64,000 nucleotides of DNA from Clostridia bacterium (GCA_017503285.1 JAFVTH010000007.1:71088-135087), one strand, 5' to 3'. Shown: positions 48,057 through 56,693, counted from the first letter of the stretch. The notes: a model not told the origin generated them from the sequence alone. Numbers and translations are program-made.

Positions 48057-48560
48057 ATGTTATTATTAAACAGGAAAGATAACCTGTTTTGGGGGGTGTT
48101 AGCATTGGAAATTGCTATTATTGCAGATGACACTAAAAAAGAGCTGATTACACAGTTTTGTATTGCGTATTGTGGAATACTTAGTAAGCATTCTATTTGT
48201 GCGACAAGCACAACAGGCTCATATATTTCAGATGCCACGGGCTTAAAGATCGAGAAGCTTCTTTCCGGCGAGCTTGGTGGAGAACAGCAGATTGCATCAA
48301 GAATTTCCTTTGACGAGATAGATATTTTGTTCTATTTCCGTGCAAACACACCGCAAATGGACGATTTTTACAGTAACAAGTTTATGGTGGAGCAAAATCT
48401 TTTGAGGCTTTGTGATGTGCATAACGTTTTGCTTGCAACAAACATAGCAACTGCAGAAACTATTGTTACCGCCCTTGAGCGTGGTGACCTTGATTATCGT
48501 GAGATTATCAACCCTCGCTCCGAGTACAACCTAAAAAAGAAAAAGAAGAGAAACTTCTAA
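48057..48560 (+). CDS. MGS-like domain protein, a degenerate methylglyoxal synthase paralog (start uncertain: ATG 48057, GTG 48096 or TTG 48105)
   Basis: Aligns to the mgsA product at 8245 ([40 protein letters not shown]). However AHD is ADD, RDPL is RANT, and PHEPDV is replaced by an insertion. Lys-rich tail. Confidence 0.7.
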   Translation: MLLLNRKDNLFWGVLALEIAIIADDTKKELITQFCIAYCGILSKHSICATSTTGSYISDATGLKIEKLLSGELGGEQQIASRISFDEIDILFYFRANTPQMDDFYSNKFMVEQNLLRLCDVHNVLLATNIATAETIVTALERGDLDYREIINPRSEYNLKKKKKRNF

Positions 48561-48565
48561 AAATA

Positions 48566-48594
48566 AAAGGCTTGCAAAAACGCAAGCCTTTTTA
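48566..48594 (+). terminator. Intrinsic terminator after the MGS-like gene
   Basis: AAAAGGCTTGC-AAAAA-CGCAAGCCTTTTT. Confidence 0.85.
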
Positions 48595-48603
48595 ATTTCA
48601 AAA

Positions 48604-48636
48604 CAAAAAAGCGACAAGCCTGTGCTTGCCGCCTTT
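48604..48636 (-). terminator. Intrinsic terminator after tRNA-Thr(GGU)
   Basis: Minus strand: GCGGCAAGC-ACAG-GCTTGTCGC followed by TTTTTT. Confidence 0.8.
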
Positions 48637-48712
48637 TGGAGCTACTAATCGGAATCGAACCGATGACCTCATCCTTACCAAGGATGTGCTCTACCAACTG
48701 AGCCATAGTAGC
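48637..48712 (-). tRNA. tRNA-Thr (anticodon GGU)
   Basis: Acceptor GCTACTA/TAGTAGC, D arm GCTC/GAGC, anticodon arm CATCC-TTGGTAA-GGATG, T arm ATCGG-TTCGATT-CCGAT, encoded CCA. Confidence 0.92.
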
Positions 48713-48724
48713 ATAGCGAAAACT

Positions 48725-48753
48725 ATTATACACTAAGAAAAAACATTTGTCAA
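48725..48753 (-). promoter_or_regulatory. Sigma-A-type promoter of tRNA-Thr(GGU)
   Basis: Minus strand: TTGACA, 17 nt, TATAAT, ending 12 nt before the mature 5' end. Confidence 0.75.
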
Positions 48754-48837
48754 GTGCTTTTTATATAAATATTTAGTGTAAAAACCCACTTGAAATATAA
48801 ATAAAAATGTAGTAAAATTGAAGGGCGAGGTGATATA

Positions 48838-49797
48838 ATGTCCCAGGTTGATAAAAATCCCTACAGGTATAGTGACACAAATAAACGATATTATACCTAT
48901 GACTATTACTTAAAGCGCACCTTTGGCGAAAAATGTGGCAAAATCCCTCTTGACCTTGGCTTTACTTGTCCTAACATAGACGGCACTAAGGGCTACGGCG
49001 GGTGCATTTATTGCTCCGGTGGCAGCGGCGCAAGAACCATTGACACCCTAAAAACTGCCAAAGAGCAGTACATAGACGGCATAGAAAAGCTGAGAAAAAA
49101 GTGGGAGCTTGATAGCTTCATACCATACCTTCAAGCCTACACAAATTCCTACACAAGTGTAGAGAATTTTGAGAAAATTCTTGACCACGTGTCTGATTTT
49201 GAGGGTGCTGTTATGGTTGATATAGCCACAAGGGCAGATTGCCTTGAGGACGAAAAAATCGCCGTGCTAAATAGACTGAGCAAGAAAATCCCTGTAACGG
49301 TGGAGCTTGGCTTGCAAACCGCAGACGATGGTGTTGCAAGGCTTATAAACCGTTGCCACGACTTTAGTGTTTTTAAGGATTGCTTTTTGCGTATCAGAAA
49401 GGGCGCGCCGAATGTAAAAATCGGTATACACATCATAAACGGCTTGCCAACTGAAAATCGTGAAAAAATGAAAAAAACCGCCACCTGTGTCGCTAATTTG
49501 CACCCTGATGTGGTAAAAATACACCTTTTGCATGTTCTTAAAAATACCCGTCTTGCAAGGATTTATGAAAGAGGAGAGTATACACCTCTTGACAAGGACG
49601 AGTACGTTAGCATTGTCTGCGACCAGCTGGAGCTTTTGCCACCGGATACGGTTATTGAAAGAGTAACCGGAGACGGAGTGGAAAGTGAGCTTTTAGCACC
49701 CTTGTGGAGCAGAAAAAAGGTTATGGTTATAAATGATATTGATAAGGAGCTTTTTAGAAGAGGCACTTATCAAGGAATATATTACAAGGAGAATTAA
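48838..49797 (+). CDS. TIGR01212-family radical SAM protein (YtqA/YhcC-like)
   Basis: RYYTYDYYLKRTFGEKCGKIPLDLGFTCPNIDGTKGYGGCIYCS matches the family's N-terminal pattern. Confidence 0.85.
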   Translation: MSQVDKNPYRYSDTNKRYYTYDYYLKRTFGEKCGKIPLDLGFTCPNIDGTKGYGGCIYCSGGSGARTIDTLKTAKEQYIDGIEKLRKKWELDSFIPYLQAYTNSYTSVENFEKILDHVSDFEGAVMVDIATRADCLEDEKIAVLNRLSKKIPVTVELGLQTADDGVARLINRCHDFSVFKDCFLRIRKGAPNVKIGIHIINGLPTENREKMKKTATCVANLHPDVVKIHLLHVLKNTRLARIYERGEYTPLDKDEYVSIVCDQLELLPPDTVIERVTGDGVESELLAPLWSRKKVMVINDIDKELFRRGTYQGIYYKEN

Positions 49798-49798
49798 A

Positions 49799-50518
49799 AT
49801 GAAAATTCTTTGCATAGGAAACAGCTTTTCATCAGATGCCACAAGGTACCTGCAAAAGATAGGAAACGGTCAGCTTTATGTAAGAAATCTTTACATAGGT
49901 GGCTGCTCCTTGGAAACTCATTACAACAACATTGTTGAAAACAATCCCTTTTATGATTATCAAATAGATGACGAATATGTAAGAAAGGCATCAATCGAGG
50001 AAACCTTGCTTGAGGACAGCTGGGATATTATCACAATTCAGCAGGTTAGCCATTTTTCCGGCATGGAAGAAACATACGAGCCATATATGACAAATGTAAT
50101 AAATTTTGTCAAGGAAAAATGCCCAAATGCAGAAATTGTCTTTCATCGCACCTGGGCGTACGACGATAAAAGCAATCACGAGGGCTTTGCCTATTACGGC
50201 AGAGACAGAAAGCAAATGTATAATGCTATCATTGAAACAACAAGCAAGCTTGCAGGCAAGCACGGGCTTAGAATAATCCCCTGTGGCGACGCTATTGAAA
50301 TGGCAAGGGATTTACCTGAGTTTCAGCAGGGCGCAAGCCTTAATATCAACCGTGACGGCTTTCATCTTTCCCTTGACTATGGCAGATACTTAGCCGGTCT
50401 TACAATGTATGGCTTTTTCACAAAAAACAGCCCCCTTGAGGTTAGCTACGAGCCGGAGGGAACAGATAAGGAAATCAATAGAAAGCTTAAGGAAATAGCC
50501 CACAATCTAACAATGTAA
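49799..50518 (+). CDS. DUF4886-like SGNH-fold protein
   Basis: MKILCIGNSFSSDATRYL N-terminus and DGFHLS near the C-terminus. The start lies 1 nt after the upstream stop. Confidence 0.65.
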   Translation: MKILCIGNSFSSDATRYLQKIGNGQLYVRNLYIGGCSLETHYNNIVENNPFYDYQIDDEYVRKASIEETLLEDSWDIITIQQVSHFSGMEETYEPYMTNVINFVKEKCPNAEIVFHRTWAYDDKSNHEGFAYYGRDRKQMYNAIIETTSKLAGKHGLRIIPCGDAIEMARDLPEFQQGASLNINRDGFHLSLDYGRYLAGLTMYGFFTKNSPLEVSYEPEGTDKEINRKLKEIAHNLTM

Positions 50519-50559
50519 AGGTTATGTAAACGGGAAAATCTTAGCAAAAAAACGTATAC

Positions 50560-50595
50560 AAAATGCACAATTTTTCGGGTTGTGCATTTTTGTTT
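50560..50595 (+). terminator. Intrinsic terminator
   Basis: AAAATGCACAA-TTTTTCGGG-TTGTGCATTTTTGTTTTTT. Confidence 0.7.
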
Positions 50596-50648
50596 TTTAT
50601 TCAAAAATTGTGCAAAAGGTCGAAAATCGGCAAAAATCGAAAGTTTGA

Positions 50649-50677
50649 TTGACTTTATTTTATATAAGTGATATAAT
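50649..50677 (+). promoter_or_regulatory. Sigma-A-type promoter of the lipoprotein pair
   Basis: TTGACT, 17 nt, TATAAT. Confidence 0.65.
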
Positions 50678-50749
50678 AAAAAGGCAAATAAGGGGGCAGT
50701 TCTCCCCTATAATAATTTTGTAATATGATATTGAAAGGAAATACAAATC

Positions 50750-52024
50750 ATGAACAAGAACATTTTAGTAAAGCTACTTTGCCTTGCTCTTGCTTGCATG
50801 CTTGTTCTTCCAATGATCGTTGCTTGCGGCGGTGGCCCATCCTATGTGGTTACATTTGACGCAAACGGCGGTGTTATTGAAGAGGACGGCGAAGAGTACG
50901 AGGAGTGGGACAAGTATGTTGCCGAGGGTGAAAGAATCGGTTCACTTCCATCACCAAAGAGACCGGGTTACGTTTTTGATGGCTGGTACGAGGAAGAGGA
51001 TGAGGACTTTGAGGACAAGATCAGAAAGACCACAAAGGTTGAATATGATATGGTTCTCGTTGCTAAATGGAAGCAGGTTGGCTGGGGCGAGCCTGGTTCT
51101 GTAGGTACAGTTGAGTTTGACTTTGATGGCGGTCACATCATCGAGGTTGACGAGGATGGCGAAGAGGTTGAGGTTGACGAGCTTATTCTCGACGTTGAAT
51201 ACAATGACAGAGTTGGCACACTTCCAAAGCCTGAAAGAGAAGGATACAGCTTTGACGGTTGGTTCTTCGAAAACAAGAACGGCTCACGTGAGCAGCTCAG
51301 AGCTACAACAGTTATGAAGGAAATGCAGGCTATCGTTGCAGTTGCAAAGTGGACTGAAATTCCTAAGTGTAACGACGGTACATACAACCACATTTGGGGT
51401 GGTTGGGACGATACTTACCAAATGGCTACATGTACACAGGACGGTGTTTCTGCACGTTACTGCACAATCTGCCAGAGTAAGGAAACATCTATTCAGACAC
51501 CTGCAACAGGTCACAGCTACTCTGCTTGGATTGACAACTTTGACCCGTCTGTAATGGGTTCTGAAAGAACATGCTCAGCATGCTCATACGTAGATAAGGA
51601 CCAGTTTAGGAACGTTATGTCCAGTGCTATGGGCGGTGAAAACGTTGTTATCGACGGTCAGGCATTTGGTACAGGTAACGCAGGTTGTGTTACAAACGGC
51701 ACATGGGGCGATGAGTGGAAAACAACATTCCAGGCAAACGGCTCATCCCTTACACTTACATTTGACTTCCAAAAGGCTACATATGCTGACTTCCTTGTTA
51801 TCCAGACAACCGGTGCAGGCGTAGGCTTCTCCATCTACTACTTGGAAGAGGGTGCAACAGATTATACACTTCTTACAAAGTCTGGCTCTCCTGGACTTGT
51901 AAAGTTTGAGCTTGGTAAAAAGATTGAAGGTATTAAAATTCAAGAAAACTCTTCAAGCCAAGGTATGCTTGGTTGGCAAGAGGTTGCTCTTCTTGTTAGA
52001 AGTGCAAACTATGTAGCTGAATAA
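50750..52024 (+). CDS. Lipoprotein: two Flg_new (Listeria-Bacteroides) repeats, Cys/His modules, C-terminal discoidin-like domain
   Basis: Lipobox IVACGGG. VTFDANGG...GYVFDGWY and VEFDFDGG...GYSFDGWF. ATCTQDGVSARYCTICQS...TGHSY...RTCSACS. Confidence 0.75.
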   Translation: MNKNILVKLLCLALACMLVLPMIVACGGGPSYVVTFDANGGVIEEDGEEYEEWDKYVAEGERIGSLPSPKRPGYVFDGWYEEEDEDFEDKIRKTTKVEYDMVLVAKWKQVGWGEPGSVGTVEFDFDGGHIIEVDEDGEEVEVDELILDVEYNDRVGTLPKPEREGYSFDGWFFENKNGSREQLRATTVMKEMQAIVAVAKWTEIPKCNDGTYNHIWGGWDDTYQMATCTQDGVSARYCTICQSKETSIQTPATGHSYSAWIDNFDPSVMGSERTCSACSYVDKDQFRNVMSSAMGGENVVIDGQAFGTGNAGCVTNGTWGDEWKTTFQANGSSLTLTFDFQKATYADFLVIQTTGAGVGFSIYYLEEGATDYTLLTKSGSPGLVKFELGKKIEGIKIQENSSSQGMLGWQEVALLVRSANYVAE

Positions 52025-52048
52025 TCAGTAAAATAAATGCGTTTTAGT

Positions 52049-52074
52049 GTTCCCTCAGCTGCGGCTGGGGGAAC
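52049..52074 (+). terminator. Possible weak terminator or attenuating hairpin between the two lipoprotein genes
   Basis: GTTCCCTCAGC-TGCG-GCTGGGGGAAC followed only by ATTTTA. Confidence 0.4.
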
Positions 52075-52095
52075 ATTTTACTAAGGAGAATTATA

Positions 52096-55000
52096 ATGAG
52101 AAAGAAAATTTTAACTCTTCTTTTGGTTATGGTTATGCTTCTCGGCGTTGTTATCCTTGCCTCCTGTGGTGGCGGAGATGACGGCAGACCATCCTACAAG
52201 ATTACCTTTAATCTTGCAGGCGGTACAACAGACGAGGACCTTTCCAATGTTACCGTAAAGAAGGGCGATAAGCTTTGGCAACCTAAGGACCCGGTAAAAG
52301 AGGGTGCAACCTTCCTTGGCTGGTACAACGGTTCTTCTAAGTGGGACTTTGAAAATGATAAGGTTACCAAAAAAATTACTCTTGACGCTTGGTGGTCAGG
52401 CGGTCAGCAAACTATCACCTGTGACCATGATTATCAGCTGGTTAAAGAGGTTGCAGTTACCTGTACCACAGCCGGCTGGAAGCAGTACAAGTGCTCAATT
52501 TGTAAAAACCCAATGAAGGAAACCTTTGATCCGATAGGTCATGATTTCCATGAAACGGTTACACCTCCAACCTGTGCCCTTCAGGGATACACAGAAACAA
52601 AGTGTAACAACTGTGGTATCTCTACTAAAAATAACTACGTGAATGCGACCGGCGAGCATGAGTGGAGCGATTACGAGGTTGTTTATGAGGCTACTGTATA
52701 CACAGCGGGTCTTGAAAAGAGATACTGTCAAGTTTGTGAGCAAACACTTACATACACTCTTGACCCACTATATGAGCAGTCTGACCTTAAAGACCTTGCA
52801 ATAGATAACTACTTATATACCGGTGGCAAGTATACAGACGAGCCATTTGTAAATATCAGTGGCTTTGGCGGTACAGAGGCGTCATCATTCTATACAGTTG
52901 CAAACAGCGCGTTTGCAATAGATAGAGATCCGTCTACCTACTGGCAAGCTGACACACTTGTTGACGGTATAGGCTACGTAGGCGAATATTTAATTGTTAA
53001 GTTCAATAATGCCTTCGATATCGGTAAGGTTGACCTTATTATACCAAGCTATTCATCATGGCAGATTAACGATAACTATTATGTTACATACGACATAGAG
53101 GCGCTTAAGGATGGCGAGTGGGTTAAGATTGGTGAAATCGATGACCGTGATGCTCCTGCAAATGCCGGTGAGTATGTAACACTATCCTGCGTTTTTAGTG
53201 AGCCTGTTAATACAGACGCAATTCGTGCGGTTGTAACACACGGCTCCAGATTTACACCTGCAAAGATTCACGAGATTCAGGTGTTTGCAAAGACAGATAA
53301 AATTTATAGACTTCCAAACGCGTTTGGTGGCTCAACGGTTGCAACTGTTGGCGGTAAGTGGAACGAGTACGCAACCGGTGCATCCGCGCTTATTGACGGT
53401 GTTATGTCCACAGGCTGGCAAACTGACGCAAAGAATCATCTTAACGAGGAAATTAAGGCATATGCAACCCTTGAATTTAGTAGCTCTCAGCTTGTAACAT
53501 CTATACAATTTGCAACCGCGCAATCAAAGGGTAGAGCCTTCCGCTTGCTTTACGATAATGGCGCAGGTGAATGGGCTGTGATTGGCGAATATACCGTTCC
53601 TACAAGGTCTGACGATAACTGTCAGCTTTGCACGGTTGATGGTCAAAAGGTAGCCTTGTTTACAATTGACGGCTTTAATGACGGCAAGGGTATCAGAACA
53701 ACAAAGCTTATGCTTCAAATTATAGAAGAGCCTGTATACTGGGAAAGCTTCGTATATAGCTTTGACCCAATTACAGTAGTTGAGGAGGCTTATAAGCTTG
53801 ATGGATATGCCGGATGTCAGCACACAACACTTAGAACAGACAGAGACCCATCTACAGTAAAGGTTGATCCAACCTGTACAACTGCCGGCTATACAACAGT
53901 ACAGTGCAAGTGCGGTGAATACTCAGTTATTACCAACCGTGTTTCTGCAACAGGTCACGCATGGGGTGACTTTGAGGTTACTGCTGTTGCTACAGAAACA
54001 ACAATGGGTACACAAACTGCAGAATGCGCATGTGGCGCAACAAGAACAAGAACATATGGCGAAAGCTATGCTCCTGCAATTGTTACAAAATACTTCCACA
54101 ACGCACCTGCTGCTTGGGCACAGGGTCTTGACGACGGTAACTATCTTCCTACCTATACTTGGTTTGCACCTGTTCTTAAGGAATATAAGGAAAGAAACAA
54201 CGGCTTTGGCTATATCGCTACAACACTTATGACCATCAATATGATGGATCAGTATGTAGAAACATGGCAGGAGCACTTTGCAACAGGCGTGTTCGACCTT
54301 GGTAGCCACACAAGAACACACTCTGGCTCATATAGCTCTAACGAAATTAGTGAAAGCTCATATCTAAGCGATATTAATGGCGCGCACTACTGGTTTATGT
54401 CAAGGTTCAAGGGCCAACAGCTTCTATCCTTCGCAACACCAAACGGTGCTACCTCCGGCGGTACTGCTCTTTATATTAACGGACTTATGCAATGTGGCCG
54501 TAACGGTGGTGACAGAACATACCTCAACCTTGTAGAGGACTACTCACACGAGGTTGACTGGGGTAATATGAATGCATATCAGTCCAAGGTTAACCAAACA
54601 GAAGGCCTCTACTTCTTCGTTAAGGACGGCAAGTTCTATTCAGCCGGTGGTGCGCTTGGCGCGCTTAACCTTGATGGCTCCTTCGGTAAGGTTGTAGTAG
54701 ACTACAATAAAACAAATGATAAGCCTGACCCGAATAAGCCAAAATATGGCGGCTGGCTTGATGAATGGATTGAGGGCGCAAAGACAGATGCAAGCGGACA
54801 AATTCCTGTTCTTAAGGACCCGGATGATCCGGATGACGATCTTGCAGTAGATAACGGCGAAAACCGTGACTATAGTGGCGAATATGTAGTTCTTAATACC
54901 TTTGCAGGCTATAAATCATTTAAGATTTCCGAGCTTGAGGAGCTTGTTGTTCAAAACTATGTATATAGTGAGGAAACGAATAAGCTTGAGCTTTATGAGG

Positions 55001-55593
55001 GCGAGGGTACATACTACTACGACGCAGAAAACTATCGCTTCGAGTGGAAGGAAAGTGGCTCATACGTTGAACAAGGCGGTCAGATGGTTTACAACCCTGA
55101 CAAGAACGATGGCTACAAGCTTTACCACGTAGAGCTTGGCTCATACGAAAAGGCTATTGATGACCTTATTGAAAAGGGCGGCTTCACACTTGAGTGTCTC
55201 CACGCAATTATGCCTGACCCAATGGCTAACTATGGTTACATTCACGTAACATACGTTTCAACAATTTCTAAGCTTGAATATCTATACAAGACAGGCGTAT
55301 GGACAGACTCCTACAACAATGTTACAAAGTATTTGAGAGAGGCTCACGCAAGCACAGTTGAAACAACCTACTACGAGGGCAACACAATTAAGCTCTCACT
55401 TACAGACACACTTGATGACATTATGTATAACCACGCACTTACCATTCAGGTAGATATCCCTGATACATGGTCAGAAATCAGTGCAACTCAAAACGGAGAA
55501 GAGGTTTACTACTTCATTGAGGACGGCTTTGCATATGTAGACGCAGTTCCGGACCGTGGCGAGATTGTTATCACAATGACAGCTGGCGAATAA
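52096..55593 (+). CDS. Large lipoprotein: Flg_new repeat, Cys/His modules, two F5/8-type-C (discoidin)-like domains, putative NodB/CE4 deacetylase-like region
   Basis: Lipobox ILASCGGG. ITFNLAGG...ATFLGWY. VTCTTAGWKQYKCSICKN, PPTCALQGYTETKCNNCG. AIDRDPSTYWQAD and ALIDGVMSTGWQTD. GLDDGN ... GSHTRTHSG (DDG and HTxxH-like motifs). Confidence 0.7.
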   Translation: MRKKILTLLLVMVMLLGVVILASCGGGDDGRPSYKITFNLAGGTTDEDLSNVTVKKGDKLWQPKDPVKEGATFLGWYNGSSKWDFENDKVTKKITLDAWWSGGQQTITCDHDYQLVKEVAVTCTTAGWKQYKCSICKNPMKETFDPIGHDFHETVTPPTCALQGYTETKCNNCGISTKNNYVNATGEHEWSDYEVVYEATVYTAGLEKRYCQVCEQTLTYTLDPLYEQSDLKDLAIDNYLYTGGKYTDEPFVNISGFGGTEASSFYTVANSAFAIDRDPSTYWQADTLVDGIGYVGEYLIVKFNNAFDIGKVDLIIPSYSSWQINDNYYVTYDIEALKDGEWVKIGEIDDRDAPANAGEYVTLSCVFSEPVNTDAIRAVVTHGSRFTPAKIHEIQVFAKTDKIYRLPNAFGGSTVATVGGKWNEYATGASALIDGVMSTGWQTDAKNHLNEEIKAYATLEFSSSQLVTSIQFATAQSKGRAFRLLYDNGAGEWAVIGEYTVPTRSDDNCQLCTVDGQKVALFTIDGFNDGKGIRTTKLMLQIIEEPVYWESFVYSFDPITVVEEAYKLDGYAGCQHTTLRTDRDPSTVKVDPTCTTAGYTTVQCKCGEYSVITNRVSATGHAWGDFEVTAVATETTMGTQTAECACGATRTRTYGESYAPAIVTKYFHNAPAAWAQGLDDGNYLPTYTWFAPVLKEYKERNNGFGYIATTLMTINMMDQYVETWQEHFATGVFDLGSHTRTHSGSYSSNEISESSYLSDINGAHYWFMSRFKGQQLLSFATPNGATSGGTALYINGLMQCGRNGGDRTYLNLVEDYSHEVDWGNMNAYQSKVNQTEGLYFFVKDGKFYSAGGALGALNLDGSFGKVVVDYNKTNDKPDPNKPKYGGWLDEWIEGAKTDASGQIPVLKDPDDPDDDLAVDNGENRDYSGEYVVLNTFAGYKSFKISELEELVVQNYVYSEETNKLELYEGEGTYYYDAENYRFEWKESGSYVEQGGQMVYNPDKNDGYKLYHVELGSYEKAIDDLIEKGGFTLECLHAIMPDPMANYGYIHVTYVSTISKLEYLYKTGVWTDSYNNVTKYLREAHASTVETTYYEGNTIKLSLTDTLDDIMYNHALTIQVDIPDTWSEISATQNGEEVYYFIEDGFAYVDAVPDRGEIVITMTAGE

Positions 55594-55601
55594 AAAACAG
55601 A

Positions 55602-55640
55602 AAAAGAGCAAACACAGCTTGTGTTTGCTCTTCCTTTTTG
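55602..55640 (+). terminator. Intrinsic terminator
   Basis: AAAAAGAGCAAACAC-AGCTT-GTGTTTGCTCTTCCTTTTT. Confidence 0.85.
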
Positions 55641-55679
55641 TGATTTTTATAATATTCAAGAACAGGATAAGGAGGAAAA

Positions 55680-56111
55680 ATGCATAAAATTTTTGGCATA
55701 AAGGAAAAAGCCTCATATTTGGACCGTGAGGGCGCTTACATTATTCCGATAAAAGGGAGTAAAATAGGCGTTGTCAAAACACCAAAGGGATATTTTCTTT
55801 TAGGCGGTGGGATTGATAAGGGCGAAAGCCATGAGCAAGCTATCAGACGAGAATGCCTTGAAGAAGCAGGCTACACCGTAAATGTAGGACAAAAGCTTTG
55901 CTCTGCCGAAATGTACACTAAGCATCCAAGGCTTGGCTACTTTCACCCAATACAAGCATTTTACATTGGTGAGCTCTTGGAAAGGGTAAAGGAGCCCACC
56001 GAAGCCGATCACGAATTTATGTGGATTGAGTACGAAAAATTAAAGGGCAAAATGTTTGTAGAAATGCAAAGCTGGGCTATCGAAATAGCAATGGATTTGT
56101 CAAACAATTAA
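55680..56111 (+). CDS. NUDIX hydrolase
   Basis: Nudix box GGGIDKGESHEQAIRRECLEEAGY. Confidence 0.85.
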   Translation: MHKIFGIKEKASYLDREGAYIIPIKGSKIGVVKTPKGYFLLGGGIDKGESHEQAIRRECLEEAGYTVNVGQKLCSAEMYTKHPRLGYFHPIQAFYIGELLERVKEPTEADHEFMWIEYEKLKGKMFVEMQSWAIEIAMDLSNN

Positions 56112-56203
56112 GATAAGTGCACAGGATTTATATTAAATAATTGCTCTTATTTTGGGAAGTCAAAGAGACATACCAAGCGAATTAACAAATTTCAAAAAAG
56201 GTA

Positions 56204-56232
56204 TTGACAATTAATAAAAACTATGATATTAT
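56204..56232 (+). promoter_or_regulatory. Sigma-A-type promoter of tRNA-Arg
   Basis: TTGACA, 17 nt, TATTAT, 20 nt before the tRNA 5' end. Confidence 0.7.
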
Positions 56233-56252
56233 AGTTAACGCACTTATGGAAT

Positions 56253-56328
56253 GCGCCCGTAGCTCAGCGGATAGAGTGCCCGGCTACGAACCGGTAGGTC
56301 GCAGGTTCGAATCCTGCCGGGCGCGCCA
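56253..56328 (+). tRNA. tRNA-Arg (anticodon ACG)
   Basis: Acceptor GCGCCCG/CGGGCGC, anticodon loop CTACGAA, T arm GCAGG-TTCGAAT-CCTGC, encoded CCA. One C-U mismatch at the top of the anticodon stem. Confidence 0.9.
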
Positions 56329-56368
56329 AAAACAAAAGGGAAGGCTTTTGCCTTCCCTTTTGTTTTTG
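56329..56368 (+). terminator. Intrinsic terminator after tRNA-Arg
   Basis: AAAACAAAAGGGAAGGC-TTTT-GCCTTCCCTTTTGTTTTT. Confidence 0.8.
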
Positions 56369-56424
56369 GTGCACCCTAGCGAAATTCGAAATGCCTTTAC
56401 AACTTGTTGTAAATCAGGTGCGCA
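56341..56424 (+). repeat. 84-bp perfect direct repeat, copy 1
   Basis: Identical base for base to 56512..56595 (171-bp period); compared by eye. Confidence 0.9.
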
Positions 56425-56511
56425 AGTGTGACGAAAGCCGGTGTAAGCTGGCTTACATAAGGCTCGGCACAACTCGTTCCCTTGGGAACGCATCCTGCCG
56501 AAGACGCTTCA
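56369..56511 (+). ncRNA. Candidate structured RNA element (unclassified), copy 2, trailing tRNA-Arg
   Basis: Hairpin TTTACAAC-TT-GTTGTAAA, then the core 56417..56495, which is homologous to minus-strand 3002..2921 (blocks GGTGCGCAAG, ACGAAAG, CTCGG, CTCGTTCCCTTGGGAACGCATCC). Confidence 0.4.
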
Positions 56512-56595
56512 AAGGCTTTTGCCTTCCCTTTTGTTTTTGGTGCACCCTAGCGAAATTCGAAATGCCTTTACAACTTGTTGTAAATCAGGTGCGCA
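56512..56595 (+). repeat. 84-bp perfect direct repeat, copy 2
   Basis: See copy 1. The repeat boundary is sharp on both sides. Confidence 0.9.
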
Positions 56596-56693
56596 GGCTC
56601 TAACCTAAAGCAGAATAAAATTTTTCCACCATTGTTGAATTTATAGCTAATCTATGCTATATTATAAATAGAAAAACTAAACACAAGGGGGCT

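Noticed and set aside
56341-56595. Whether the 84-bp repeats could be a CRISPR array, or att sites of an island integrated at tRNA-Arg.
   Set aside because: There are only two copies, they are far longer than CRISPR repeats, and no cas genes are present. The repeats start after the tRNA rather than including its 3' end, and they flank only 87 bp with no integrase.
56391-56603. A 70-aa ORF (MPLQLVVNQVR...) spanning the 84-bp repeats. It begins and ends with the same peptide.
   Set aside because: It is a by-product of the perfect DNA duplication. No RBS precedes it, and the frame is not conserved in the homologous locus at 2912..3047.
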